Source: an uncultured Methanospirillum sp.
Lineage (GTDB): Archaea; Halobacteriota; Methanomicrobia; Methanomicrobiales; Methanospirillaceae
Direction of reading: 5' to 3'
Assembly (NCBI GenBank): GCA_964637135.1
Contig: CAZWTX010000004.1
Coordinates: 1-64,000, forward strand
Length of the DNA: 64,000 bases
Shown here in pieces: positions 40,744 through 50,938 of the stretch. Under the pieces are notes generated by a model. It made no database searches and was not told the DNA's origin. It saw nothing but the letters and a program-made list of their open reading frames with translations. Within the stretch, counting starts at the first letter, position 1, and each line of letters begins with the position of its first letter. Made by a program: the position numbers and the translations under genes.

Positions 40744-40947
40744 TTATCCCGGGTACCGTCTGTCCTCTGGGTCAGAAGACCCGAATTGTATCTCAATGAG
40801 ATCCGGATTCAGATGACTTTCCAGATTCATTCCTGATTCCGAAGATCTGCTAGAACACTGAATTACGGGGGCACGACTTGTATTCTGGGTAATGGCCTGT
40901 TTTTTTCTGAATTTATCGGTTATCAGGGATACTGATCTCCAATCAAC

Positions 40948-40986
40948 ATCTCATGAGATCTGAATATAAATGAGTTCATGAGATCT
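40948..40986 (-). promoter_or_regulatory. Candidate TATA box (TTTATATT, minus strand, 40963-40970) flanked by two TCATGAGATCT copies
   Basis: Direct repeats at 40951 and 40976; perfect palindrome ATCTCATGAGAT at 40948-40959. Confidence 0.5.
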
Positions 40987-41715
40987 AATTAGGCACTAAA
41001 CAGACTGAGTTGGGTTTTGATACTATTCATTCCAATTCTCTCCTGATATGAACGGTATCCGGGGAATTTAATCTGCATTATTTGTTTTTTCCTGTTCTCG
41101 GGTAAAATTTTTAAAAAAAATCAGAATAATAGAAAAAATGGTATCATTTTTTCATTATATCATCATTCTTTCCTGGAAGGTGAGTAGATAAATATGTGGA
41201 ATTGGTGCGACTTTTATCTCTTTGAGATTATCCATTAGGCAGAAACCCTCTGGTGAATAGAAGCACATAGTCTTAACTTTTTGTAAATAGTAATTGAAGT
41301 AAAAAAATCAGGACATAAACTCTGACTTCTGCCCAAATAGAAGATTAATCAGTTAATGCCGCGACGAATTGATATCTAAACAGGAATCATTCATTTTTAG
41401 AGCCCAATCAATTTATGCGCAGCACCTGATCATGGAATATCACACCGTCCCGGGAAGGGTCGGTGTTTTCTCCTGTAACGTGATCAACACTGTAGTCGGT
41501 CTGATTTTGGATTTATCAATATTCAAGTCCTGCTGTACCTGGTATTCTTTATCAGAAGAAAGCAATGCCGGTTTCCGTCATTCTCTTCTCCCTAATGGCA
41601 GGATCCCGGTGACACCCTAGAGGACACATCCTGCTGAGCTGGGAGTGCCCTGTTGAAAAGAGACTGATCCGATCATTGACAGGGAGTCGTGGGAAGGAGA
41701 ATCCGTTCCTGCATG

Positions 41716-43431
41716 TCAGGCAACTGTTACCTCGATAGCCCGCGGATTATGCACGTGCTCATCAAACACCGGGTAGTTCCCGAGATTCACGGAGTAACTT
41801 CTCGCAAATGTTTCCCTGATGTCATGCATAACCTGTGCATTTTCAGGCATGGAGACTTTTGTCCAGATCGTGTCGCCCTTGGGCTCTGCAACGATATTTC
41901 CCTCTTTTACGACGATAATCCCTTTTTTTATCGTGTAGGCAGCCTTGCTGAATGCCTCTTCGATGTTATCAGGATTTGAGGGAAGGTGTGACGGGTCGAG
42001 GTTATAGATTGCAATATTTGCATCGGCACCAGTAGCAAGGCTCCCAAACAGATGGGACAGGCCAAGTGCTTTTGCCGGTCCTGCACGGGTCATCATGGCG
42101 ATTTCGTACAGGTCGAGTTCCCGGTCCATTGATGCAATGTTACTTGCGGCGATGACCCTGTTTTCGTGCCTCATGGATTGGAGGGTTTCCTGTCGGGCTT
42201 TATCTGACATGAGCCATTTTATGATACGCGGGTACCGGGTAAACGGCCCTGCATTCGGGTGGTCGGTGGTGATGAACACCCGCATCATATCATTGGCGAA
42301 GAGTCCGAGTTCCAGTCCGATGGCCCATTGAATGCCATTTGCCGTGATATCCTTGTTATAGACGTACGGGACGATACCGGATCCGGTCTCCAGTTCCACG
42401 TCACAGTTCGCCCACTTGAGGTTGTTGAGCATGGTTAAATGGTGCTCAAACGGTCCGTCTGCTGTCATCGTGGTTGTCTCGTCGAGTGTAACGCAACCGA
42501 GGTCAATGGTGATATTGTCGTTTGCATTGACATAATCCATGACTTCCTTTGCCGCGGAACCAAAGGTCCCCCAGTTTTCTCCTTTATAAGCATGGAACTG
42601 CAGGTGGGTGCTATGGAGAACCTGGGTGCGTCCGAATGCATTCTTCGTTTTATATCCTGCTGCCAGTCTGAGTGTATCAAGAGTATCCTTGTAGTTACCC
42701 GGGTTCCCGAGATTGTTGCCATGGAGGTGGAGGGAGTGGGGAAGACCGAGGTACTCGTTTGTCTCTATCAGTCCCCTGATAATCTCAGCAGGGGTGATCT
42801 CGAAGTAGGGAACCGGGTCATTGATATTGATACAGTTTCTCCCCCATGCCCATGCTTCGGTGCCACCCGGATTTACGCACTTGATCGCTATTCCATAGGT
42901 TGCCTTCAGGAGCCAGGCCACGTACGCAGCACAATTCTCGATCTCTTTATTTTTCAGGTACTCAAAACAGAACCAGTTGTTACCCAGGACTGGCATGGCC
43001 GAGAGATCGAGGATCGGGGTATCATTGATCTCTTCATGAACATGCGGTGCCATGAGCGGGGGCATTGCTGCTTCGTTGGCATAGGTATATCCCATCCGTG
43101 CATAGGAATACCCCGTCTTCCAGGATGTCGGGATCGAGAATCCCATCTCCATCCGTTTTCCCTGTTTCACGATGCCCCCGCGGAAGGAACCCCTGAAGAG
43201 TTTGTCTTCCGGGCGCATTTCACGCCCGAAATTTACCTTCGGACCGACAATATGCGTATGGATCTCTACACCTCCTGCCATGACGGTCATACCGGATGCG
43301 TCGATGATAGATGCCTTTGATGAGACTTTATCGACAATCGTTCCGTCCCTGATTGCGATATCCGTCCTGTCACCTCTGATGCCGGTGATTGGGTCGAAGA
43401 CATACCCGTTCCTGATTAGCAGTTCTGACAT
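41716..43431 (-). CDS. fwdA: Stand-alone formylmethanofuran dehydrogenase subunit A paralog
   Basis: Same length (571 aa) as 37169..38884 and closely similar to it; EIHTH and TTDHPN motifs. Confidence 0.93.
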   Translation of the reverse strand: MSELLIRNGYVFDPITGIRGDRTDIAIRDGTIVDKVSSKASIIDASGMTVMAGGVEIHTHIVGPKVNFGREMRPEDKLFRGSFRGGIVKQGKRMEMGFSIPTSWKTGYSYARMGYTYANEAAMPPLMAPHVHEEINDTPILDLSAMPVLGNNWFCFEYLKNKEIENCAAYVAWLLKATYGIAIKCVNPGGTEAWAWGRNCININDPVPYFEITPAEIIRGLIETNEYLGLPHSLHLHGNNLGNPGNYKDTLDTLRLAAGYKTKNAFGRTQVLHSTHLQFHAYKGENWGTFGSAAKEVMDYVNANDNITIDLGCVTLDETTTMTADGPFEHHLTMLNNLKWANCDVELETGSGIVPYVYNKDITANGIQWAIGLELGLFANDMMRVFITTDHPNAGPFTRYPRIIKWLMSDKARQETLQSMRHENRVIAASNIASMDRELDLYEIAMMTRAGPAKALGLSHLFGSLATGADANIAIYNLDPSHLPSNPDNIEEAFSKAAYTIKKGIIVVKEGNIVAEPKGDTIWTKVSMPENAQVMHDIRETFARSYSVNLGNYPVFDEHVHNPRAIEVTVA

Positions 43432-43774
43432 TGATATCCCTGTATTCCCTTCCGATAGTTCCGCTTGTATCGGAATATCCCTGAACTAATTCTGACCTCC
43501 ATGGTAATACCTCCTTCTCCTCTTATCCTGGATTTATGATAGTATCCTGTTCCTTCCTTGTCTTTCGGAAACAGGCATATTATGTGGGATTATTTCGGCA
43601 TTAAACCCGGGAAACGGCGATTCTTTGGATTATTACAATACGTGAATCTGGTATTAACAGGAGCCTCACAGAACCATCTTCCTGCACCTGCCTTCAACGA
43701 AAAAGGTAAGCGTCAGATTGCTGAATGGATCTAATATCAGATTATTCAATAATCTTCTGTCATCGGTGTTATCC

Positions 43775-44347
43775 ATGATACGTGGGAAAAAAGTAGTTGT
43801 TCTGGCTCATTGTCTCTTGAACGTGAATGCAAAAGTAGGAGGTATTGCCCGGTATACGGGCGTTTTCGAACCGCTTATTCTTTCCCTGATAAGGAATGGA
43901 TTCGGTATCATCCAGTTACCGTGTCCTGAATTAGGATATTTTGGGGTCCGACGCTGGGGTCTCGTCACCGAACAAATGGATATTCCTGCATATCGCCGAC
44001 ATTGTCGTATAATTCTCCGTCCGATTATTGATCAGATTCTTGATTATCATCACAATGGGTATATAATTGCCGGGGTGATCGGTGTTGATAAAAGTCCCAG
44101 TTGTGGAGTTCATGTTACCTGCCGGTCTTCTTTATATCGGGGAGAAATATCCAGTATACCTGATGTTGACGCGATCAAGGCATCTGTCGAGATAGTAGAT
44201 GGTCAGGGGGTATTCATTGAAGAATTCTCTCGCCTTCTCCTGGATAATGGACTTGAAATTTCCTTTGTTGCAATAGATGAAGAGAGTCTGGCCTCTTCAC
44301 ATGACATAAGCCAACTATTATTTTCAGAGGATGAAAAAAACGAATAA
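43775..44347 (+). CDS. DUF523/TudS-related (CD3072-like) putative Fe-S desulfidase
   Basis: LAHCLLNVNAKV, IIQLPCPE and GVDKSPSCGV motifs; G.GVFIEE. Confidence 0.78.
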   Translation: MIRGKKVVVLAHCLLNVNAKVGGIARYTGVFEPLILSLIRNGFGIIQLPCPELGYFGVRRWGLVTEQMDIPAYRRHCRIILRPIIDQILDYHHNGYIIAGVIGVDKSPSCGVHVTCRSSLYRGEISSIPDVDAIKASVEIVDGQGVFIEEFSRLLLDNGLEISFVAIDEESLASSHDISQLLFSEDEKNE

Positions 44348-44501
44348 ATCCCTGTTATTAAAAATTATCAAATAATTGTGTTTATATTATTGCCTAACTG
44401 TTCTGACCACTATGATTCAAATATTCACATTTGTGACTTGTACTTTCGTTCTACCGGTGGTCTTGATGATCCGGTCGGCATGAAAAATGGAATGAAATTA
44501 T

Positions 44502-45278
44502 ATGAACTATTTACCGTATCTGATCATGGGGCTCTGCATCATTTTCTCTTTTGGTGCAGTGTATGCTGAAGAGACTGATGCTTCTTTGCAGAAGGTTATG
44601 GATAAGGGTGAACTGGTTGTCGGTCTTTGTGCCCAGTATCCACCGTTTGAATCGGTGAATGATACTTCTGGCCAGTATGAGGGTTTTGATATCGATCTTG
44701 CGAATGCATTGGCTGGAGAGATGGGAGTGAAAGCGAAAATCGTTGATGCACAGTGGCAGGCACTGCTCGGTGGAATAGAAAAAGGAGATTATGACGTTCT
44801 TATCACGGCTATGTCCAAACAGGAGGCATCTGCAGGGAATGTTGGTATGAGTAACCCCTACTATGACCTGAATGAAGTGATTGTGGTTAAAGCTGAGGAT
44901 GATTCTGTTACCTCCGCAGCAGATCTTGCAGGTAAGGTTGTTGGTGTGCAATCAGCAACCGGTGCAGAACAGCAGGTTGACAAGCTCACTGACCTTAAGG
45001 AGATCAAGCGGTATGATTACAACAATGATGCGTTTATTGATCTTGAAAACGGTCGTGTAGATGCGGTTATAGTTGGATATGCCACGGCGGTTACTGAAGC
45101 AAAGAAACGGGAAAACCTGAAAGTGATCAACGTTCCGGTCGGGGAGGTGTCTGAACTTGTCATGGTTACAGTAAAAGATTCGGTCTCCCTCCTCAACGAA
45201 TTGAATCGTGCCCTTGATGTTATACAGGAGAACGGGAAGTACCAGGAGATTGTGGATACCTGGCTGAATCTTTCATAA
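44502..45278 (+). CDS. Polar amino acid ABC transporter substrate-binding protein (family 3)
   Basis: Signal peptide; YPPFE, GFDIDLA and DL.NGRVDAV motifs. Confidence 0.9.
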   Translation: MNYLPYLIMGLCIIFSFGAVYAEETDASLQKVMDKGELVVGLCAQYPPFESVNDTSGQYEGFDIDLANALAGEMGVKAKIVDAQWQALLGGIEKGDYDVLITAMSKQEASAGNVGMSNPYYDLNEVIVVKAEDDSVTSAADLAGKVVGVQSATGAEQQVDKLTDLKEIKRYDYNNDAFIDLENGRVDAVIVGYATAVTEAKKRENLKVINVPVGEVSELVMVTVKDSVSLLNELNRALDVIQENGKYQEIVDTWLNLS

Positions 45279-45279
45279 G

Positions 45280-45942
45280 ATGGACTTCCAGTCCGAAATC
45301 ATCTGGAGAAACCTCCCGGTACTCCTCAATGCAGCTGGTGTTACGATATCTGTCACCCTCGTATCTTTTTGCATTGGGCTGCTGATAGCACTCGTTGTCG
45401 GGACAGTTCGTCGTTATTCACCGTCAGGGTTTCTCTCCCAGATGCTGGGTGCATATGTGGAGGTATTCAGGGGGACACCTCTCCTCGTTCAACTTTTTTT
45501 TATTTACTATGGTCTTCCTACCGTCGGGATAATTCTAGACGCATTCACAGCTGGTGTTATCGGGCTTGGATTAAATAGCGGGGCGTACATGTCCGAAATT
45601 ATTCGTGCAGCCATGTTATCTGTCAGTCGAGGTCAGGAGGAAGCTGCATATTCCCTTGGATTTTCCCGGTTCCAAACGATTCGATTTGTTGTTTTCCCAC
45701 AAGCAATCAGGGTTGCCATACCGCCGATGATGAATTCTTTTTCTTCTCTGCTCAAGGATAGTTCCCTGGTTTCAGTAATCTCGATCACTGAATTGACAAG
45801 GGTTGGCAATCTCATTTATTCGAGAACATCCCGTCCGTTTGAGATCTACCTCACTCTCGGTATATTCTATTTCGTAATGACTTTTTCAGTAACCATCCTC
45901 TCTCGTTACCTTGAAAGAAGAAGTTCCCGGTGGGTACGGTAA
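45280..45942 (+). CDS. Polar amino acid ABC transporter permease
   Basis: YVEVFRGTPLLVQLF, GQEEAA.SLG and LLKDSSL motifs. Confidence 0.92.
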   Translation: MDFQSEIIWRNLPVLLNAAGVTISVTLVSFCIGLLIALVVGTVRRYSPSGFLSQMLGAYVEVFRGTPLLVQLFFIYYGLPTVGIILDAFTAGVIGLGLNSGAYMSEIIRAAMLSVSRGQEEAAYSLGFSRFQTIRFVVFPQAIRVAIPPMMNSFSSLLKDSSLVSVISITELTRVGNLIYSRTSRPFEIYLTLGIFYFVMTFSVTILSRYLERRSSRWVR

Positions 45943-46221
45943 TGATTCAATATCATACGGAATAAAGGGAATTTATGCTCCGGAATCATTTTTTTTGATA
46001 AATGCCTAACAGTTCTTCGGGCCACTCCTTCTAAAAGACGATGGAGATCTGTTGTGTACATGATTCATCGTAGATCGACACCGTGAATCTCTCTTGGTGT
46101 TTTCTTTTTTATGAATGACTTGGATGTGTTACATGAGAGCAGAATCCTTCATATGGTTTGATTAGGTGATGTCTTGTGCATCTGCTGATATCCCTGACCT
46201 GAAGAGTAAAAAGGTCCCGAT

Positions 46222-46446
46222 CTAGGTTATTATTGTTTGCCCCACAGAAACTTGTGTATGCGGCAGAAGGGTTCCCTGTTGCCCCTGGGCAACAAAGGTG
46301 GAACTGATTACTGATGGAGAGAAGGATATTCCCCGGAATTTCTGTCCGCTTATCAAATCCAGTTATGGATACGCAATAACAGACAAATGCCCATCTTCGT
46401 AAACGCTGAATTCATCGTTGGAGAAATGACCTGTGACGGGAAGAAT
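46222..46446 (+). pseudogene. Frameshifted relic of a double-cubane cluster protein / 2-hydroxyacyl-CoA dehydratase (HgdB-like)
   Basis: Four consecutive segments in shifting frames: LGYYC / PQKLVYAAEGFPV / ELITDGEKDIPRNFCPLIKSSYGYAITDKCP / FVNAEFIVGEMTCDGK. Confidence 0.8.
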
Positions 46447-46677
46447 GATGAAAATTCTGGTTTCTTTAGAGTCGTATCAATTCACAATGAATATATGAGT
46501 GATTATCGCAGTGGACATGTTCAATATAACTTCCTCATACCAGATGCTTAATAATCAGTAAATGAGCGAGTGGTTTGTATGAAGTGATGAAATCTCAAAA
46601 TCCGTTGTTCAGGGAGGTGTATTGAACAAATGCTTTAGTTGATTGGGTTATTTATGGTGAAATGAGTGTGGAAAGAC

Positions 46678-48150
46678 ATGATAAAGGAATCTGTTCTTTG
46701 GATGATCATCCTCGTTCTGGTTTTTTGTTTGTCTGTATCTGCCCAGGCATCAGAGGAGAATATGCAGGGATTAATGAAAACCCCGATCGGAATAAATAAC
46801 TGGGAAAATGATTCATTGCGGGAAGACTGGGCATATACCATTGGCATACAGGCATATATCTGGGGATATCCGTTAGTGGACCACTATAACCGGTACCTTT
46901 ATATGAGTAAGAATACGCAACTTGCCGTTGGTACGGTAAATGGTTCTGATGCCGGACCGGTCGCAACGATTGATCATATCTGCTTCCTTTCCAACTTTAC
47001 GACGCCAAAAGAGCGGTATATCGGATGTCCGAATCATGATTCATTGTATGGATATACATTCTTCGATCTTGAAAAAGAGCCGGCGGTATTGCGAATTCCT
47101 GATATGGGGAATCGGTACTGGATTGCAGAAATGTGCCATTCGACGACCGAGGTTTTTGCTTCTCCCGGTACCCGGAGAGGCTCGAAAGCAGGCAATTATC
47201 TCATCGTAGGTCCGGATTGGGAGGGCACCGTGCCTGATGATATCGTTGAAGTGCTTCATGCACCCGACAATATCGTAAATGTCCTGTTCAGGGTCCAGGT
47301 TCGTGGGGAATCAGATCTTGACACCGTCCGCCCGCTTATCAACAACATTACCTCTGGTTCACTGAGCGATATCGATACTATTCCCAAAACGATTGATTAC
47401 AATAACCTTCCAAGAGTTGAAGTACCAAACGAAAAAGACTGGGCTCCTGATGACACGTTCTGGGAAGTGTTCAGGGCAGCAATGAAAAATACCGGATATC
47501 GGGAGAATGAATCAGCCCTTTTGGAGATGTTCAGACAGACCGGGCTGAATACCAGCGATGATGAAGCACTCAATCGTGGCTTATCACGTGCCCTTACCGA
47601 TGGGAGGAGAATGGTGTGGGATAAAACCCGGTTTAGAAATCTGGGTCCTGATACATTGGAATACGGATGGAACATGGTTTTGTCCGGAGGGGCATTTGGG
47701 ACTGATTTCCTGACCCGGGCAGCCCAGGCTCCAAAGAACACGTACATCCACCTACCGGAGGACTGTTTATATTATTACCAGGAGTTTGATAGCCACGGTG
47801 AGACATTGAACGGTAAAAACCGGTACCGAATCCATTTTGATAAGGATAATCTGCCTCCATATAATCAGAAGGCATTCTGGTCCCTGACGGTCTATGATAC
47901 AACCGAATTCTTTTTTTCGAATCCATATGGCCGGTATAATGTCGGATCTGACACCGAAACCGATATCACATTTAATGAGGATGGTTCGCTTGATCTGTAT
48001 CTGCAGACCGACAAACCGGAAGGAAAGGAATCAAACTGGATTCCTGTGCCAGAATATCAGCAGTTCTACCTCTACCTTCGTGTGTACATGCCGGATCAGT
48101 CAGCACTGAATGGGAAATATAATCCCCCGGCGGTAGTCAGGACTGTATAA
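46678..48150 (+). CDS. Secreted DUF1254/DUF1214 domain protein
   Basis: Signal peptide; AYIWGYPLV, PNHDSLY, FWSLTVYD, NWIPVP and LRVYMP motifs. Confidence 0.87.
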   Translation: MIKESVLWMIILVLVFCLSVSAQASEENMQGLMKTPIGINNWENDSLREDWAYTIGIQAYIWGYPLVDHYNRYLYMSKNTQLAVGTVNGSDAGPVATIDHICFLSNFTTPKERYIGCPNHDSLYGYTFFDLEKEPAVLRIPDMGNRYWIAEMCHSTTEVFASPGTRRGSKAGNYLIVGPDWEGTVPDDIVEVLHAPDNIVNVLFRVQVRGESDLDTVRPLINNITSGSLSDIDTIPKTIDYNNLPRVEVPNEKDWAPDDTFWEVFRAAMKNTGYRENESALLEMFRQTGLNTSDDEALNRGLSRALTDGRRMVWDKTRFRNLGPDTLEYGWNMVLSGGAFGTDFLTRAAQAPKNTYIHLPEDCLYYYQEFDSHGETLNGKNRYRIHFDKDNLPPYNQKAFWSLTVYDTTEFFFSNPYGRYNVGSDTETDITFNEDGSLDLYLQTDKPEGKESNWIPVPEYQQFYLYLRVYMPDQSALNGKYNPPAVVRTV

Positions 48151-48408
48151 CCAGGAAGAAATAGACGACGAATGGATCCAGGGATCTCCAATCCCATATC
48201 CGTTCATCTGTGGAATTGTCTTGTTTTTTTCCATACTTCTTTTTCTAATAATAATCCCGGATTATCTGATCACTCATCCGAGTGCATATGAGTAGTGTTA
48301 CTATTTTGAGGACAGGATGCCCTCGTAATCTGCATTCTGGAGATGATGGTCGTCATGAACCATCCTGGAAAAAGAATAGACTTCAAAAAAAGAGGGATTA
48401 AAAAATGA

Positions 48409-49209
48409 TTACTTCTTGCGGTAAATCTTACCGTAGATCATCTGGCCTTTGGATTTCGGATGCCTTTCGCCGAGATCTCCAATGTAGACGGCAAACATTG
48501 CCTTGTCTCCATCGACCTCGATCTCCTGGTCCTCCAGGTACTGGAACCCTGGCATCATGTAGTTGATACTGCCGTACAGGTAGATGTCTCCTTTCACCAT
48601 CTGGCCGCCAACACGCCGGTTGACGTTCCCCTTGATGATGATGGTTCCCCCTTCGGCGTGGGTCCCGATGTGGACATCGGCATCTCTCTCAATGATGATG
48701 GTACCCCCATTCATGAATGTACCAATATCACTGCCGACGCTTCCTTTCACCCGGATAAGGCCGCCCTGCATGCCACGCCAGTCACCACGGTATGATGCAG
48801 CAAGGAAATTTCCGGCATTCCCGTCGATGATGAACTCGCCACCTTCCATACCGAGTGCACAGAAGGAATCCACGTTTCCTTTCACGTGGAGTTTTCCTCC
48901 CTTCATCCAGCCACCGGTGTACATGTCACAGTTGCTTTCAACGACAACCTCGCCGGCGGTCATGTTCATACCGATGTACTTCACCTTCGTACAGTCACCG
49001 GTGACGACGATCCTGGTCTCTGCGGCTGTCTTTCCTGCGTCGCCGGAGACTTCAAAATAGTCTCCGAGGGTGTAGGTCTCCCTTCCCTCGTAGGCACGGA
49101 GTGCAGCAATCTCGTCCCTTTTCTTCCCTGCAAAATTATCAGGGGTGATCATATCCCCTTCGAGATACAGTTCGGGGACGTTCTTCATGGTTAAAGTTAC
49201 AGTGTTCAT
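48409..49209 (-). CDS. fwdC: Formylmethanofuran dehydrogenase subunit C
   Basis: Beta-helix repeats; ASYRGDWRGM; start MNTVTL follows a GAGGT site. Confidence 0.93.
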   Translation of the reverse strand: MNTVTLTMKNVPELYLEGDMITPDNFAGKKRDEIAALRAYEGRETYTLGDYFEVSGDAGKTAAETRIVVTGDCTKVKYIGMNMTAGEVVVESNCDMYTGGWMKGGKLHVKGNVDSFCALGMEGGEFIIDGNAGNFLAASYRGDWRGMQGGLIRVKGSVGSDIGTFMNGGTIIIERDADVHIGTHAEGGTIIIKGNVNRRVGGQMVKGDIYLYGSINYMMPGFQYLEDQEIEVDGDKAMFAVYIGDLGERHPKSKGQMIYGKIYRKK

Positions 49210-49219
49210 CCCTGATACC

Positions 49220-50938
49220 TCACACATTCGCCGTTGTTTCAATCACAAACGGATGGGGTGCATATGAGTCTGGAACCTCGTAGTTTGCCTGGGTAACGGT
49301 GTAGTAGCGGAGGAACTTCTCTCGCACGTCACGAGTCACCTGTTTGCTCTCCGGAGTCTTGGCATCGACCCAGAAGGTCTTCTTTTCGTGTTCAGCAACA
49401 ATCTGGCCGTCCTGAACCACAATCTCTCCGTTCCTGAAAAGATATGCTGCACTTGAGAAGATGTTCTCGATTGCCTCCGGGTCGGTTGGCATCTTTGTCG
49501 GATCGATGTTGTAGATCGCAACATCAGCGTTCATGCCGACCTTCAGTCCTCCATACATGTTGGAGAGCCCGAGAGCCTTTGCCGGTGCTGCACGGGTCAT
49601 CTGCGAGAGCTCGAAGAGGGTGATCTCCCGGTCAAGCTCGTTCAGGATGGTTGCATCGGCGACCTTGCCACTGTTCTTGAAGGCAGCCATCTGTTCGTCA
49701 CGGGTCTTCTTACACATGAGCCACTTGAATACCCGTGGATACCGGGTGAACGGACCGGCATTCGGGTGATCGGTGGTGATCATGGTTCGCATCGGATCCT
49801 TCGAGAGAAGGGCGAGTTCAAGGCCGACAGCCCACTGAACGGCACAAGGGAAGACGTTCGGGCTGTAGATGAAGGGAACAACACCGGATCCAGTTTCAAG
49901 TTCCACGTCCACGTTACACCACTTGAGGTGGTTCAGGGCACAGAGGTGGTGCTCGAACGGTCCGTCTGCGGTCATCGTGGTGGTCTCGTCAAGAGTCACG
50001 TTACCGGTATCAAAGGTGATCTCCGGGTGCTTGTTGACATAGTCCATGATCTCCTTGGATGCAGAGCAGAAATCGCCCCAACCGGAACCACCATAGGAAT
50101 GGAACTGTAGGTGGGTCATGTGAAGCACCTGTTCACGGCCGAACTTGTTCTTTGCCTTGTATCCGGCAGCCAGTTTCATGGTGTCAAGGGTAACCGGGCT
50201 GTTGCCTGGATCTCCAAGACTGTTCGGGTGGATGTGTACCGAGTGTGGCAGTCCGAGGAATTCATTCGTCTCGATCAGGCCAGTGGTGATCTCTGCAGGA
50301 GTGATCTGGAAGTACGGCACTTCATCGTTTATGCCCAGACAGTTCAGACCCCATCCCCAGGCTTCCGTTCCACCGGGGTTAACGACCTTGATACCGTATC
50401 CCTTGGTCACCTTCAGGAGCCAGGCAGTATATGCAGCGGTCTTCTCGATGTCCTTCTCCTTGAGGTATTCCATGACAAACCAGTTGTTTCCAAAGACCGG
50501 CAGTGCTGCCTCGTCAATGATAGGGGTGTCATGAATTTCTTCGTGGACATGCCGTGCATACATCGGGGGCATGGCGGCTTCCATGACGAAGGTGTATCCC
50601 ATACGGGCATAGGAGTATCCGGTTCTGAAGACTGACGGGATAGAGAAACCCTGTTCCATCCGCTTGGTCTGTTTAACGATACCGCCACGCTGTGTCCCCC
50701 TGAACCACTTGTCTTCAGGACGGAACCAGCGGCCGAGGTTGACCTTCGGGCCGGCTACATGGGCATGGATATCGAGTGCACCGGCCATAACAGTCTTGCC
50801 GGATGCATCGATGGTTTTTGCCTTTGAGGAGACCTTTTCAACGATCTTGCCATCCTTGATGGCGATATCGGTCTTGTCTCCCTTCACACCGCTGATAATA
50901 TCGAAGACATGGCCGTTTTTAATGAGATATTCACTCAT
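49220..50938 (-). CDS. fwdA: Formylmethanofuran dehydrogenase subunit A
   Basis: DIHAH, KVVNPGG and TTDHPNAGPF motifs. Confidence 0.95.
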   Translation of the reverse strand: MSEYLIKNGHVFDIISGVKGDKTDIAIKDGKIVEKVSSKAKTIDASGKTVMAGALDIHAHVAGPKVNLGRWFRPEDKWFRGTQRGGIVKQTKRMEQGFSIPSVFRTGYSYARMGYTFVMEAAMPPMYARHVHEEIHDTPIIDEAALPVFGNNWFVMEYLKEKDIEKTAAYTAWLLKVTKGYGIKVVNPGGTEAWGWGLNCLGINDEVPYFQITPAEITTGLIETNEFLGLPHSVHIHPNSLGDPGNSPVTLDTMKLAAGYKAKNKFGREQVLHMTHLQFHSYGGSGWGDFCSASKEIMDYVNKHPEITFDTGNVTLDETTTMTADGPFEHHLCALNHLKWCNVDVELETGSGVVPFIYSPNVFPCAVQWAVGLELALLSKDPMRTMITTDHPNAGPFTRYPRVFKWLMCKKTRDEQMAAFKNSGKVADATILNELDREITLFELSQMTRAAPAKALGLSNMYGGLKVGMNADVAIYNIDPTKMPTDPEAIENIFSSAAYLFRNGEIVVQDGQIVAEHEKKTFWVDAKTPESKQVTRDVREKFLRYYTVTQANYEVPDSYAPHPFVIETTANV

